A stretch of 64,000 bases of DNA from the NCBI GenBank assembly GCA_951406725.2, contig OX597823.1, positions 96,100,001-96,164,000 of the forward strand, given 5' to 3'. Position numbers and translations under genes: made by a program. Position 1 is the stretch's first letter; each line of letters starts with the position of its first letter. Shown piece after piece: positions 39,131-52,014 of this stretch. This stretch comes from Octopus vulgaris. Taxonomy: Eukaryota. The notes below the pieces were generated by a model that saw only the letters and a list, made by a program, of their open reading frames with translations, searched no databases and was not told where the DNA came from.

Positions 39131-39749
39131 TAATCTGAAGCTGGGTAGAAGGACAAAATCTGTTATCCTCCTCCTCCTCCTCGTTTAACATCCACTTTCC
39201 ATGCTAGCATGGGTTGGACGATTTGACTGAGGACTGGCGAACCAGTTGGCTGCACTAGGCTCCAATCTGATCTGGCAGAGTTTCTACAGCTGGATGCCCT
39301 TCCTAACGCCAACCACTCCGAGAGTGTAGTGGGTGCTTTTACGTGCCACCAGTACGTATATGCCACCAATAAAATTCCCGAGAAGAATTGCAGATAAATA
39401 GATGAAACTCAGTAGACAATACCCCGAGACCTAGAAATACCAGGTTGGCGTCTAGCAGATTTAAGCCTGTTTCATGGGTAGAGGGGTCCCTTCAGCCTTG
39501 GTAGGTAACCTGTCTAGAGAAGGCGACTCAATAAAAACATCGATGGTTGTGCCACCCTACACCAAAATTCTCAGGAGCCAAAATGTCAAATACAAGGTTA
39601 TAAAACAATGGATTGAACGAGACTGGATATAAAAACAGTGTACTCGAGGGTAGGTGTATACTCTCGGAGCCTTGGCTAGCAACCCACAAAGTGATGGTGT
39701 CACTGTAAAAATAGTGGGGATTGCACAACCTTACAAGTGATACTTTTAA

Positions 39750-41960
39750 ATAAGTAATGTCAAAATTAAATAATAACCATAACTGCGCTAACGGGACTGG
39801 AGCTGTTAACAATGAAGGAATTGCGCATGGCATGCAGGGAGTGTCTAATCAAGCTTCGACAGGTCATCATCAAGCTATTGATCAGGACGAAAACTGCAGT
39901 CAAATATGCAAAAGAAAAACAATGGAATGGGAAAAAGAAGCAAACAAAATAGTAATGGAATACTGACTGAGAAGTGAACCAAATAAAAGCAGCTTGATGA
40001 ATGGAACGTGAAACAGATGGAAACCGCAGAGAAGCAGAGAATATTGATAAAGTAACTAATGAAGACGATCTTGATGGACAAGTGAGAGTAAGTACGGCAC
40101 AAGACTTAGATGATGAAGAGAAGGAAGTTTTAGAAATGTTGCGAGGTAAAATGGGAACAATGAAGTACCACCGAATGTATGATATATGGAGAGAAGAAAG
40201 TGAGGAGAGCCAGAGGTGAAGTAAATGACGTTTTAAGCTTAATTATAAGAGAAAACATCAGTGAAACAAACCAGCAGATCATAACTGCTGCTGCTAATGT
40301 CGTAGCTAACATAGGTTACAAGCGAAAAACTGAAGATGTAAAGGGGAAATGAAAAGAAAGAACCAAACTGGATTAAGAGAATACGAATGGAGCTGGAAAA
40401 GAACTGGGGCAATTGAATCGGATAATGAGAGCAGAGAGCTCAAGAAGATGGTAGTAATAAGGAAATTGAATGAACTTTGCAGGTTAGAAGAAAGAGAAAA
40501 AGAAAGAGTACATGAAGAATTGACACAAAATGTGAAAGCATTAAAGGCCAAATTGAAAAGATATGATGCTAGACGCAAAGGCTTCGGACAGAATAGACTG
40601 TTCCAATCAAATAGAAGGTGTCTATTTGAGGAAACAGAGGAGGGAGGCCAACACCAGGAACTGATTCCAGATGCGGAAGAAAGTAAAGAATTTTTGGCAA
40701 GTCTGTGGAACAGGCCGGCGAGACATAAAGAAAGCAGGGGGTGGCTAACAAAAGTAGAAAGACAACTTGAAAGTGTACCACGACAAAAGGATTTCAGAAT
40801 TAATCTGTATACAAAGCGACAGAAGTTTTAAAAAATAACAAATTGGAAAAAACCAGGCACAGATGGAGTAGAAGGTCGAAGAACTTTACAGAATTGCATG
40901 AAGGGATCGTGGCGCAACTGGATGACTGCCTGCAGCAAGGGCACGTCCCTGCCTGGATGACAAGTGGACGAACGCTGCTATGCCTCAAGGATCCCTTGAA
41001 AAGGAACTTGGCATCAAATCTTCGACCCATAACCTGTTTACTAATTATGTGGAAGCTCATGCAACCATTTGGAATGTGAGGGCAGCAAAAGGTCACTTAT
41101 TAGTTGATAAAATGATAATTTGAAATTGTAGACACAAATTGACGGAACTGAATGTAGAATGGCTAGATTACAAAAGAAGCATATGATATGGTACCACACA
41201 TTTGGATAAGTGAAACAATGAGCAGGTTTTGGAATGGCGAAAAAACATGGAGAAAATGCTTAACGAGGAAACAAAACTTGGAAAAGTGAACATCACACGT
41301 GGAATATTCCAAGCTGATAGCTTGCCTCCATTATTATTCGTATTGGCCATGACACCGCTCATTGTGATACTACGGAAAGTTAAAATTGCTTACAATTTGG
41401 GAAAAGGAAATGGTCAGATAAATCATCGCCTTTTCATGGATATTATGAAGGTTTACGCGAAAAAGGAGAAACAGCCTGAAAGCCTTGTATATACTATCTG
41501 CATTTTTTCAAATGACATAGGTATGGAATTTAGGATAGAAAAGTGCACTAAATTGAAAATGAATCGAAGGAGATTTGAAAGAAACCAGGAAATCGATAGG
41601 CCAAATGGGCAAACAACGAGAGCAGTTAAGAAAGGACTGTGGTATAAGTACTTGAGAATACTGGAAGTAGGGAAATAAAAAATGATGAAATGAAACAAAT
41701 TACCAGTAGGGAGTATACAAGGTGAGTCATAAAACTATTACAGTCAAAGCTGAATTCCAAAAATCTTATTGAAGCAATAAATTCAAGAGCAATACCTTTA
41801 ATTAGATATGGAGTTGGAATTATAGACTGGACCAGAAACGATGTAAAGGAGCTTGACAGAGAAACTAGGAAGTTGTTGACAATGTAGGGAGCTCACCATC
41901 CGAAAGCTGATATGAACTGGCTGTACTTGAAGAGAGAACAGAGTGGAAGAGGCTTAATTA
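39750..41960 (+). mobile_element. R4/Dong-like (RLE-type) non-LTR retrotransposon, degenerate
   Basis: QNRLFQSNRR, WMTSGRTLL..NLRPITCL, ITRGIFQADSLPPLLFVLAMTPL, INHRLFMDIMK, YKYLRILE. Confidence 0.85.
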
Positions 41961-42547
41961 TTTTTCTATCAGCAATTAAAAATAGAACAAGGTGAATTGG
42001 TTCTTTTCAAGACCAAGGTCAGCGCTCTCATTGATCACTAGTAGTAATAAACACATTTGACCTCTGCTGACTCCAAGGGTGTGAGGCCTCTTTTGTTTCT
42101 TTATCGTACAGGAATGCCCATTGCCGATCTCTTCATCATCTGCCGAATCTATTTACAGACCTGCAGAATTTGGTCTATTCACCAAGCTGTCTCTCTTGCT
42201 CCTACTATTCCATCAAACCCTCACATATTTATGATTATCTCAAGTACAAGACAAAAGGTGAAACTAAACAACATTTAATAATAAATGGAAATAATAATAA
42301 TAATGATGGTAATAGTAATGATGATAATAATAATAATTTAGCCAAAACTCATTTTGGATCAGAGAAAATATTAACAATGACAAAGAGTAAAAAAATGAGA
42401 ATAATAATATCACTGATGATGATAATAATAATAAGGAAAGGAAGCAGTTGGAAACTCCCTATGCTCTGATTGTTGATACATCTAGTGATGGTGTCACAAC
42501 AAAAACACTGGTAATTGTGCAACCTGATAATTGCTACCTCATATGAG

Positions 42548-43400
42548 TGACAATGAAAAAACAAAATAATGTGAATAACAGTTGTAAAGAAACTGAAGCC
42601 CTTGATGGTGACAGTGTTGCATCCGGCAGGTTCAGAGATTCTGGTCCAACTCCAGCCTGTCGTTATCCAGCAATGGACCAGCACACATGGCATAGATGGA
42701 ACAAACAAGTCAATGCTGTGGTCATGGAATGTTACTACCTGAGTAATCCTGTAGACGAAAATGGTGTTCATATTAAGGGTACTGACAACGCAAGTATGAT
42801 CAATGGAGAGAAAGAGGATTGTTTCAACTCACAGAACAGATTATGTGATCAAGCTAGAGCAATAAGAAAAATTGTTGGTTCACAGAAGTAGACAACTACA
42901 GGTCGATATCCTGCATGCCACTTATATGGAAATTATTGAATGGAATAGTCGCAGAGTCAATGTATGGACATCTGGAGAAAAATGGAGCCCTGCCACATGA
43001 GCAGAAGGGTTGCAAGCGTAAGTGCAGAGGTGCCAAGGATCAACTCCTGGTAGACAAAACTGTACTATGAGACTGCAAGAGGAGGAAAAGTAACTTAGCC
43101 ATGGCATGGATCAACTATCGTAAGGCGTACGATATGACCCCACATTCTTGGATTATGGAATGTATGAACCTATTTGGTATTGCATCGAGTGTTGAGCGAT
43201 TGCTTGGAAAAAGTATGGTGAAGTGGAAGATGGAACGACAGCATATGGAAGAAGTTTAGGGACAATAAGATATCAGGAGAGGCATCTTCCAAGGGGACTG
43301 CCAGTCCCCACTGATCTTTGTACTGTGCTTGATACCACTAACACTTATTCTGAGGAAAGCAAAGGCTGGGTATGTATTCTAGAGCCGCCAACAAAAAGTC
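42548..43400 (+). mobile_element. R4/Dong-like element, internally deleted
   Basis: N-terminal [28 protein letters not shown] joined to RT pieces (MAWINYRKAYDM, RRGIFQGD..SPLIFVLCLIPL). Confidence 0.7.
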
Positions 43401-44064
43401 AGGGTACATTTCGATCCTTTCACATGCACAGTTTTCACTAAGAAAAAGAAAACTTGGATATTTTTTTGAATGGAATCAAGTGCCCTGATCTCTTAAATAT
43501 GCTGCAAACCCCTTAATTTTGTTTCGAAAAAGAGTGGGGACCAGACCCACCCCCATATCCCGGAATCATTGGAATTTTTTTATCATTGAATGAATTCCGG
43601 TGACCTAATATGCTACAAAACCTTTTTTTGGGGGTCTGGAAAACAAGGTGGGGTGGAATGGGGTGGAGCCTTCGGAAATTTCACCCCCACCTCCATTTTC
43701 AAATCTTTTTTGCTGTTTCTTTCTTTACCCATAATTTTAGATAACATTTTGCAGGAATACATTTTTGAGCGAGTGTGGATTACATTAGATTGAAAATTCA
43801 AATAAGTTTGAAATGAATAAGTGAAAATGCGGAGGTTAGTGATAACGATGTGTGTGGAGAGATAACGCACGATTAATTCATCTAAAAAAAAGAAAAACAC
43901 TTTAGAGTTTTTGCATGTATGTGTGAAACGAAGTAAAAAATATAATATTAAAACAAAATATCATTTTCCTACCTCTTAAAAGCACTGGATATACAATATA
44001 TATAATAATCACAGATTGCAGAATAGATTTGAAAAAATAAAGCATTTTCCCTTTGCAAATTTTG

Positions 44065-44090
44065 GCGCCGAAATGAGTTTCATTTTTTGG

Positions 44091-44154
<64 letters not shown>

Positions 44155-44648
44155 GACGAAGTTTATCTAAACTTTGAATGGTGTAACAATATATCATAAT
44201 TATATATATCATTATATATCATCATCATTATCATCATCATCATCGTGATCATCATCATCATTTAACGTCTGCTTTCCATGCTGGCATGCGTTGGACAGTT
44301 TGACTGAGGACTGGTGAGCCAGGTGGCTGCAATCAGGCTCCAGTCTGTTCTAGCAATGTTTCTACAGCTGAATGCCCTTCCCAATGCCAACCACACCGAG
44401 AGTGTAGTGGACGCTTTTTATCCTCAGTCAAACCGTCCAACCTATGCCAGCATGAAAAACAGACGTTCAACGATAATGACGATGATGATATATAATGATA
44501 TATATATATATAATCATGATATATTGTTACACCATTGAAAGGTTAGGTAAACTTCGTCACCCACTCAATCAATCTCTTTCTTTCTCTCTCTCTCTCCACC
44601 CTTCTCTCTCTCTTTCCCCCCACACAAAAATGAAACTCATTTCGACCA
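44065..44648. repeat. Inverted duplication (about 230-bp arms) around an RTE tail
   Basis: cgaaatgagtttcatttttt..(AG)n..gggtgacgaagttta..aatggtgtaacaatatatcat is mirrored by atgatatattgttacaccatt..taaacttcgtcaccc..(TC)n..aaaaatgaaactcatttcg. Confidence 0.8.
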
Positions 44649-44659
44649 TGAACGAGGTA

Positions 44660-46190
44660 GCACCAATAATCATAAAATATATAACATTCCATGAATAAAT
44701 GGCAGACACTGCTACAGCTCCAAACAAAAGAAGGACTCATAAAAACCAAAGCCATTCTCATTAGAAGAGGAATATTCCAGGGAGACTCGCTCTCTCCACC
44801 CCTTTTCTGCTTGGTACTGACACCTTTCTCTGACTTGCTAAACAGAACTGGATGCGGATACAAATGTTACGACAAAACAATCAGCAGCCTTTTATACATG
44901 GATGACCTAAAACTGTATGCTACAAATGATAAACAGCTGGAAACATTAGTACAGACAGTACATGGATTTACCAAAGAAATAAACATGAAATTTGGCTCAG
45001 GAAAATGTACCAAAGTAACCTTGGAAAGAGGAAAACTAGTTAAGAGTAACAAGATCACACTAGATAAAGCAAATGAAATAAGAGAATTAGACCAAAGCCA
45101 GGCATACAAATACTTAGGAATCAATGAACTAGATACGATACAAAACACACAAATGAAAGAGAAAATAAAAAAAGGATACTGCAGATAAGGTAGATTAATA
45201 CAGAAAATGGAGCTCAATGCTAAAAACAAGATAATAGGTATCAACACGCTACCTATCCCAGTTATAAGTTACAGCTACAATATCCTTATCTGGACTCTAA
45301 ATGAACTAATCAAAATAGACAGGAAAAAAACCCCATATGATTTAGGATGCACCACACAAGATCTAACATAGAAAGGTTATATATATAGAATGTATCGAAA
45401 GTGGTAGAGGCCTTATACAGCTAGAAAACTATTACAAAATAACCACAATAGGACAACTGAAATACCTAATTCAGAAGCAAGGAAAACTAGTACAAATAGT
45501 CACAAAACGCGAACAAAACAAAAGAAAAACTGTTTTCAGTCTTTAAGGAAGCTGACAAATACAAAAAAGAAGTCATAGTACCTAACAACTATGAAGAAGA
45601 AGAAGAAACAATAAAAGCTGTAAAACAGCTGAAATCCAAACTAAAACTGGACCAGCAACGGATCATGATAAAACGATGACAAGAAAAGCCCCATCATGGC
45701 GAATACTGGGTTAAACTAAACAGAAAATAAGTAGACAAAGCAAAATCTAAAGATTGGGTGAGAAGATCAGGGCTCAAAGCAGAGACTGAAGGATTTTTAA
45801 TTGCAGCACAAGACCAGAGCCTCCCACGAGATATTACGAAAAACATATAATGAAAAGAAACATAACAAGTAACTGCAGAATATATGGAGATGGACAAGAA
45901 ACAATAAACCATATTGTCTCAGGCTAAGAAGGAATATATTCATGGGCACGACAGAGTTGGGACCTATATACACTGGAAGCTATGCCAAGACTATGGAACA
46001 ACAACAGAAAAGAGATGGTATATGCACACACCAGAAAAGGTCACAGACAATGAGAAAGCAACCTCACTCTGGGATATGCCAATACACACAGATAGAGAAA
46101 TTAAGGCCAATAGGCCGGATATAATTATCAGAGATTATTAAAAAAATGCTTTTTAATCAATGTATCAATACCAACAGATGACAACGTTGG
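44660..46190 (+). mobile_element. R4/Dong-like element: RT plus restriction-like endonuclease remnant
   Basis: RRGIFQGDSLSPPLFCL, LLYMDDLKLYA, YKYLGINE, TEGFLIAAQDQSL, HDRVGTYIHWKLC, LWDMPIHTDREIKANRPDIII. Confidence 0.9.
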
Positions 46191-46246
46191 TATGTTCCAA
46201 CAAAACCTGTGATAAAAAGAAATAATAATAATAATGATTTGTTTAC

Positions 46247-46473
46247 CTTTAGTGCCATAGAGGATGGGAAATATTCCAGCGATACAAATGACTCCAGCCA
46301 AAACCATCATGCTAGTTTGCAATTTTTTTCTTCCAACACGATTTAACAGAAGGATGCACAGAATGTAGCCTGGAAACTCGGCAACCGAATTCAAAAAATA
46401 ATTCACGTAGAAATTGCCATACAATTTGCCAACATTAAGAGTAAGGCCGTAATATACCAAGCTCACAATCACC
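46247..46473 (-). CDS. SLC22: SLC22-like internal exon (TM7-9)
   Basis: ttttctatag| ... |gtaaac; phases 2/1. VSLVYYGLTLNVGKLYGNFYVNYFLNSVAEFPGY...LNRVGRKK. Confidence 0.93.
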
Positions 46474-47614
46474 CTATAGAAAAGAAATAAAACATTTTAT
46501 ATAATGTACAAAAATGCACAAAAATTGCAGATCAAACCCTGGTTAGATGGTTGCGTAATTTCTTAGAGAGAATTATGATAATTTGAACGTTGAGACCAAC
46601 AGCAAGTAAAGTTATACAGCTAACTGTCTAATATAGACAACTAAGACAACTCAACAGCTGAGACAGAGTTAGCCAATGAGAGCCAATTGATGGGGGCAAC
46701 TTTAGTGCGTTGGATAAATGGTGAGTAGATGGTTTGTATGTATATGTGGCCCTTTTTGGTTTATGTGTGTATAGAGTGTTTATGTTTATGGAGTAGAAAA
46801 TATTTCGTGATTAGCAGAATTCACTGATTTGTCTGCAGTGTCTGACACTTGTTAGCCTTTGGTAATTCTTAGTGAAATAGTTTTCCAAATTTGATGAAGA
46901 GCCCTGCATAAATCCTCATATCCTTCCTCTTCTTCACAGCAAAGAAATACCTAAAAAGGTTTGTCAGTTTGCCTCATGGTCCCAGCAGACAAAGTAGAAA
47001 ATGTGTTCCCCCAGATAGTGGTGAGCAGGGAAGTCGTCCAGGGGCTGAGAATGCCGAAAGTCTCCACTGACGCAGGCTTGACCACAAACCTGTCAAAGAG
47101 TGGCTAATACTTTAATAACCTACTTTTAGAGGCATCAGAAAGCTTATTCAGATTTAACACTTTTATCATGTATTTGCTAAAATACGTTAATTTTATTTGA
47201 ATGAATTTTGAAAATAATGAAGAATTTAATGAAATAACTTACCCATAATTAAGCTGGCGTTTGGAGCACAAATTGACATGAAATTTTATCAGTAAATTTC
47301 AAATTAGGTCAAACAGGAAGTTTGTATGGAAGAACAAGAGACATTTTTATGTGGGATGACCCCTAATTTGCCATTTCTATATACGAAGACCAGGAAGAAA
47401 TCTTGTGAAATAGAATTTATTTTAGCGAGATACCTATTGGAATCAGCTGAGAAGACACATCTAAACCGTTGGATATACCTAAAACTAATGTTCGGAATCC
47501 CAGCCAAAAGGGACGAATGCTTGACGGGTTGAAACAACTGTAGTGATCAATAAACATTCCCGTAAATTCCATATTCTGTTTCTCTCATTAATCAAATATT
47601 AATATATATACATG

Positions 47615-47860
47615 AATAAAATCAAAATAAGCAACAGGATATCCAGAGGTGATGCAGTACGACCGTTCCAAGCGGCTCCATTTAATTGAACAATGCAATC
47701 ATTACATCAATTTAAATGCAGGGCTATCCTCAGTTGCATAAATAGATAAATAGCCCTGTATTAAAACTGATGTAATGATTGCATTGTTCAATTAATGGAG
47801 CCACTTGAAATGGCCGTACTGCATCACCTCTGGACATCCTGTTGCTTATTTGATTTTATT
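47615..47860. repeat. Fold-back inverted repeat (about 112-bp arms) adjoining a PLE remnant
   Basis: aataagcaacaggatatccagaggtgatgcagtacg... is mirrored by ...cgtactgcatcacctctggacatcctgttgcttatt. Confidence 0.9.
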
Positions 47861-47869
47861 TACCTTATT

Positions 47870-48400
47870 TTGAAGTTGTACGGATAATACCACACTAATT
47901 TTTTATGCTTCAACTTAAGTACGTAATTCATCTGAATCTCAATTATTTTGCTTAACACATCAACAAAACCTATACAACACTTCTGGTACTTAACTTCAAC
48001 AGGATGGAAAAGATAAATATGGAATTTTCTCAGAAGGACATCCCCTTTCATAATAATGATACCTAAATATGGTTGCTAATCCATAGGACAAATGAGTTTG
48101 TTTGGAGGATGAGGTGGATAGCTTACCATCATGAGACTAAGAAGAAAAATAGAATCTTAGAAACATATGATAAAAATTATTATAAGAAGATATTGAAAAG
48201 CAGAAAAAAACCCTCCACCTAGCCCACGACTAGAAAATTTTTGAAAAAAACTTATTTGAACTAATAGCTAATGTAAAATTCAATGAATACCCACTTCGAA
48301 AAAAAAAACCAACTTACATCTGAGGAAACTTAAGCATTTATTGAATCATTGCAGAACAAACCAGAAATACTTGTACCAGCAGATAAAACTGGAAACTTCT
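47870..48400 (+). mobile_element. Penelope-like element N-terminal remnant
   Basis: FELIANVKFN..AFIESLQNKPEILVPADKTGNF contains the PADK motif that precedes PLE RTs. Confidence 0.55.
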
Positions 48401-48744
48401 TGTTGAAGTTTTGTAGTACACTTATTCCAAGAACGCATACTTAAATTTTATGTATCTTCCATGAAAAGTAAATGTGTTTGCACTTTCAAAGAGGCTCTGT
48501 CCCGTGTTATAAACCCTATGAAGGGGGTTAAATAATATTGTAAGATGGTTAAATTTTGGAAATCATCTTTATTTAGTACCTGATAGTTATGTTGTTATTT
48601 TCATTGAAATCGGAGGTATCTGAAATTTCACAGGGGGTGTTTGCCCCACTTTAAGCACCTTAATGGCAATGGAAAGTAAATTTTATGTAGCTGATCGTCT
48701 TTCTCGTAAAATTTTACATGAGAACACATACTTTGTCTTTACGT

Positions 48745-51245
48745 ACCATCTGCTCAACCTCACCAACGCCTTATTCATGGAGCAAGTTGTACTCAAACCA
48801 ACTAGGGCGAATAACATTCCGGATTTCTGCTTCACGAACAATATGGACATCATTCATGATGTGAAAGTGACACCGACATTAGTTTTGGACCACAACATAA
48901 AAGAGCTGTCTATGTTTGGGCCAAAAGTAACCAGAGATATACAGCCTAAAGGAAGCACCCAAAATCTCTCCAATCTGAACTTCCACAAAGCAGATTGGAA
49001 ATCGATCCAAAAAGAGATCCTCAGAGAGGACTGGCCGGAATGTCTCTCCACACCAGACATTGACATGAAACTAGAATGTTTCATGTCTTCTGTGCAAGCT
49101 GTATGCCAGAAATATGTCCCAGAGCACAAGGCCAAAACAAATAAGAGCAAGATTTGAAAAGACAGGAAGATCCTCGTGAGACGACGGACGAAGGTTGCAA
49201 ATCGTCTCAACCAACATCCCAAAAGTAGCGAAACGTCCCGCCTAAAAACAACACTGATGGAGATCGAAAAAAGGCTGCAACAATCCTATGTGTGAGAGAA
49301 AGCAGACAAAGAAGCCTGGGTTATAAAAAACATTAAATCAAACCCAAAGGCCTTCTTTTATTACGCGAAAGAAACAGTCTCAGTGCACTACAAGATAGGA
49401 TCCCTCCGCCAAAAGGATGGCTCCCTCATAGACAGTCCAACTAAGATCAGTAAGATGCTGAATGACCAGTTCAAAAGTGTCTTTACCATCCCATTGGAAC
49501 ACAGACAAGTGAACGAACCAGTGGACTTCTTTGCCGCCTCACCTATAACCAGCGAGGCGGTTACAATAGAATGTACTGACATTAGCGAATATGTCCTACT
49601 AGCCATAGATGAAGTGGACACAAACTCAACTGCTGGTCCAGATGGTTTCCAGCAATCCTCCTCAAAGCATGTAAGCATGCCCTGGCAAAACCCCTCAAGA
49701 TTCTCTTCCAGAGCTTTCTTGCGAATGGCAAACTGCCAAGAAAGCTGAAGGAGGGAATAATATGCCCAATACATAAAGTGGGAAGTAGAGCAGATGCCAA
49801 AAACTATAGGCCTATCTCTCTGACTTCACACATCACCAAAGTCATGGAACAGATAGTCAGAAAGAAACTAATCGCATTCCTTGAGGAAAATAACTTGCTG
49901 AGTGATACTCAGCATGGTTTTCGACCAGGTAGGAGCTGCCTGACCCAGTTCTTACAACATTATGACTGGGTGTTGAGGCAGTTACTCAACAAATCAAATG
50001 TGGACGTAATCTACCTTGATTTTGCAAAAGCTTTTGACAAGGTGGATCATGGTATGATATGCCACAAACTGCGTGACCTCGGCATAGCTGGAAAACTTGG
50101 AGTGTGGTTACATGACTTCCCGAAAGATAGGAGTCAGGCAGTAGTGGTTAATGGAGCCGCCTCTATGAACACACAAATAGTGAGCGGTGTTCCACAGGGC
50201 ACTGTCTTGGGACCACTGCTTTTTATAGTGGCCCTCTCAGATATGCCCTCAGATATGCCCTCAAATGCCCGGATAGCCACTCATACGAAAGTCTCGCAGA
50301 AAATACAGAACCCCAGCGATGTTGCACACCTGCAGCAGGAATTGGACTCAATCTACAGATGGGCTGAGGATAATAATATGCAGTTTAATGCTGAAAAATT
50401 CCAGGCCCTGCGCTACCAGCATCCAAAACTAAATATTAAACTTACAGGATACACCGGTCCACAGGGAATTTCAATCCCAAAGCCTAAGTCTTTGAGGGAC
50501 CTGGGTATCAACATGAGTGATGATACCTCTTTCCAAGTGCACATTACCAGGATGGCGACGACTGGCTGGATGGATCCTAAGAACATTCAGAACCAGAGAT
50601 AAGGAAACCATGATGGTCCTCTGGTGGACATTCGTCCTCAGCCGCCTGGATTACTGCTCACAGCTATGGTCACCCACCAGTGTAAAATTAACAGCGGACC
50701 TTGAAACAATCCAGAGAAGATTCACAAAGAAGATCGTCTCTTTGGAACAGCTCAGCTACTGGGAAAGGTTGAAACAGCTAAGACTCTACTCCCTAGAGGG
50801 AAGACGGGAGAGGTATGCAGTAATATATGTCTGGAAGATCCTGGAAGGAATTGTGCCAAATTTTGGCATTGTAAGCTACACCAATGCTAGAACGGGACGA
50901 CACTGCATAGTGCCAAAGATCCCAGCAATGCCATCACGCTTCAGGACCAGCTTCTACAACAGCCTGGGTTTTAAGGGCACACAGTTTTTTAATATTCTCC
51001 CAAAGAGTCTGAGGAACTTGCACAAAGTAGATGTAGCAGTTTTTAAATCAAAGCTGAACATCTTCCTGTCGAGAGTCCCGAATGAACCTACCTCACGGCA
51101 AGAGGTGCAAATGAGAGTAGCTATGTCAAACTCCATTCCTCACCAAGTGCCACATATTAGAGGAGGTTCTTCGTAATAACAGTGTAGCACAAAACGGCGG
51201 TGCATCAGCATGGCCGCAGCTCTAAGCTGAAACAAGCAAAAACAA
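48745..51245 (+). mobile_element. CR1/L2-group LINE ORF2 (EN C-terminus and RT) with 3' tail
   Basis: PTRANNIPDFCFTN, NYRPISLTSHITKVME, QHGFRPGRSCLT, YLDFAKAFDKVDH, SGVPQGTVLGPLLF, LRLYSLEGRRER. Several stops and frameshifts; YADD region deleted. Confidence 0.93.
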
Positions 51246-51271
51246 TATATATATATATATATATATAATAA

Positions 51272-51728
51272 ATATTGTTATATTTCGGAATGGTCATATT
51301 GCCAGTTTAGCCAATAAAAACACACGCACTATATATTTGGTGTTATTTTGCTTCAGTGATATTTATTTTTTACATTAATCTTAATCTTATTTCGGCCAAA
51401 GTTCTTTCGTCACACTCCTGTGACCGCATCAGTGGTCCTTTGTTTTCTTCTCACTTACTTGTGTCTCTCCTTACTAACCGTCAGCCATTTTGTATACATT
51501 TGAAATACAAAATGGCTGACGGTTAGTAAGGAGAGACACAAGTAAGTGAGAAGAAAACAAAGGACCACTGATGCGGTCACAGGAGTGTGACGAAAGAACT
51601 TTGGCCGAAATAAGATTAAGATTAATGTAAAAAATAAATATCACTGAAGCAAAATAACACCAAATATATAGTGCGTGTGTTTTTATTGGCTAAACTGGCA
51701 ATATGACCATTCCGAAATATAACAATAT
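51272..51728. repeat. Apparently perfect 224-bp inverted repeat (9-nt loop) with a hammerhead-like motif in each arm
   Basis: Arms 51272-51495 and 51505-51728. Motif GGACCA-CUGAUGCG-GUCAC aggagu GUGAC-GAAA-GAAC-UU-UGGCC at 51562-51606 (+), mirrored at about 51394-51438 (-). Confidence 0.9.
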
Positions 51729-51802
51729 CTGTTTCAACACACGACTTCACATAAAAAATCTTGCACAACAAATATTTAAACGTATATAATAAATATATAT
51801 AT

Positions 51803-51868
<66 letters not shown>

Positions 51869-52014
51869 TATATATATACATAATATATATATATATATAT
51901 ATATATAATAAGTATATATATATTTATAATATATATATATATATATATAAATATATATATATATATTTATAATAAATAAATAAATATATATATATATAAG
52001 AAATTTATATAAAC

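Noticed and set aside
43400-44060. Possible DNA-transposon/MITE fragment
   Set aside because: No TIR pair, TSD or coding remnant could be defined.
47440-47550. Hammerhead-like CTGAGAA...GAAAC
   Set aside because: The core is non-canonical and not adjacent to the putative stem II; too decayed to call.
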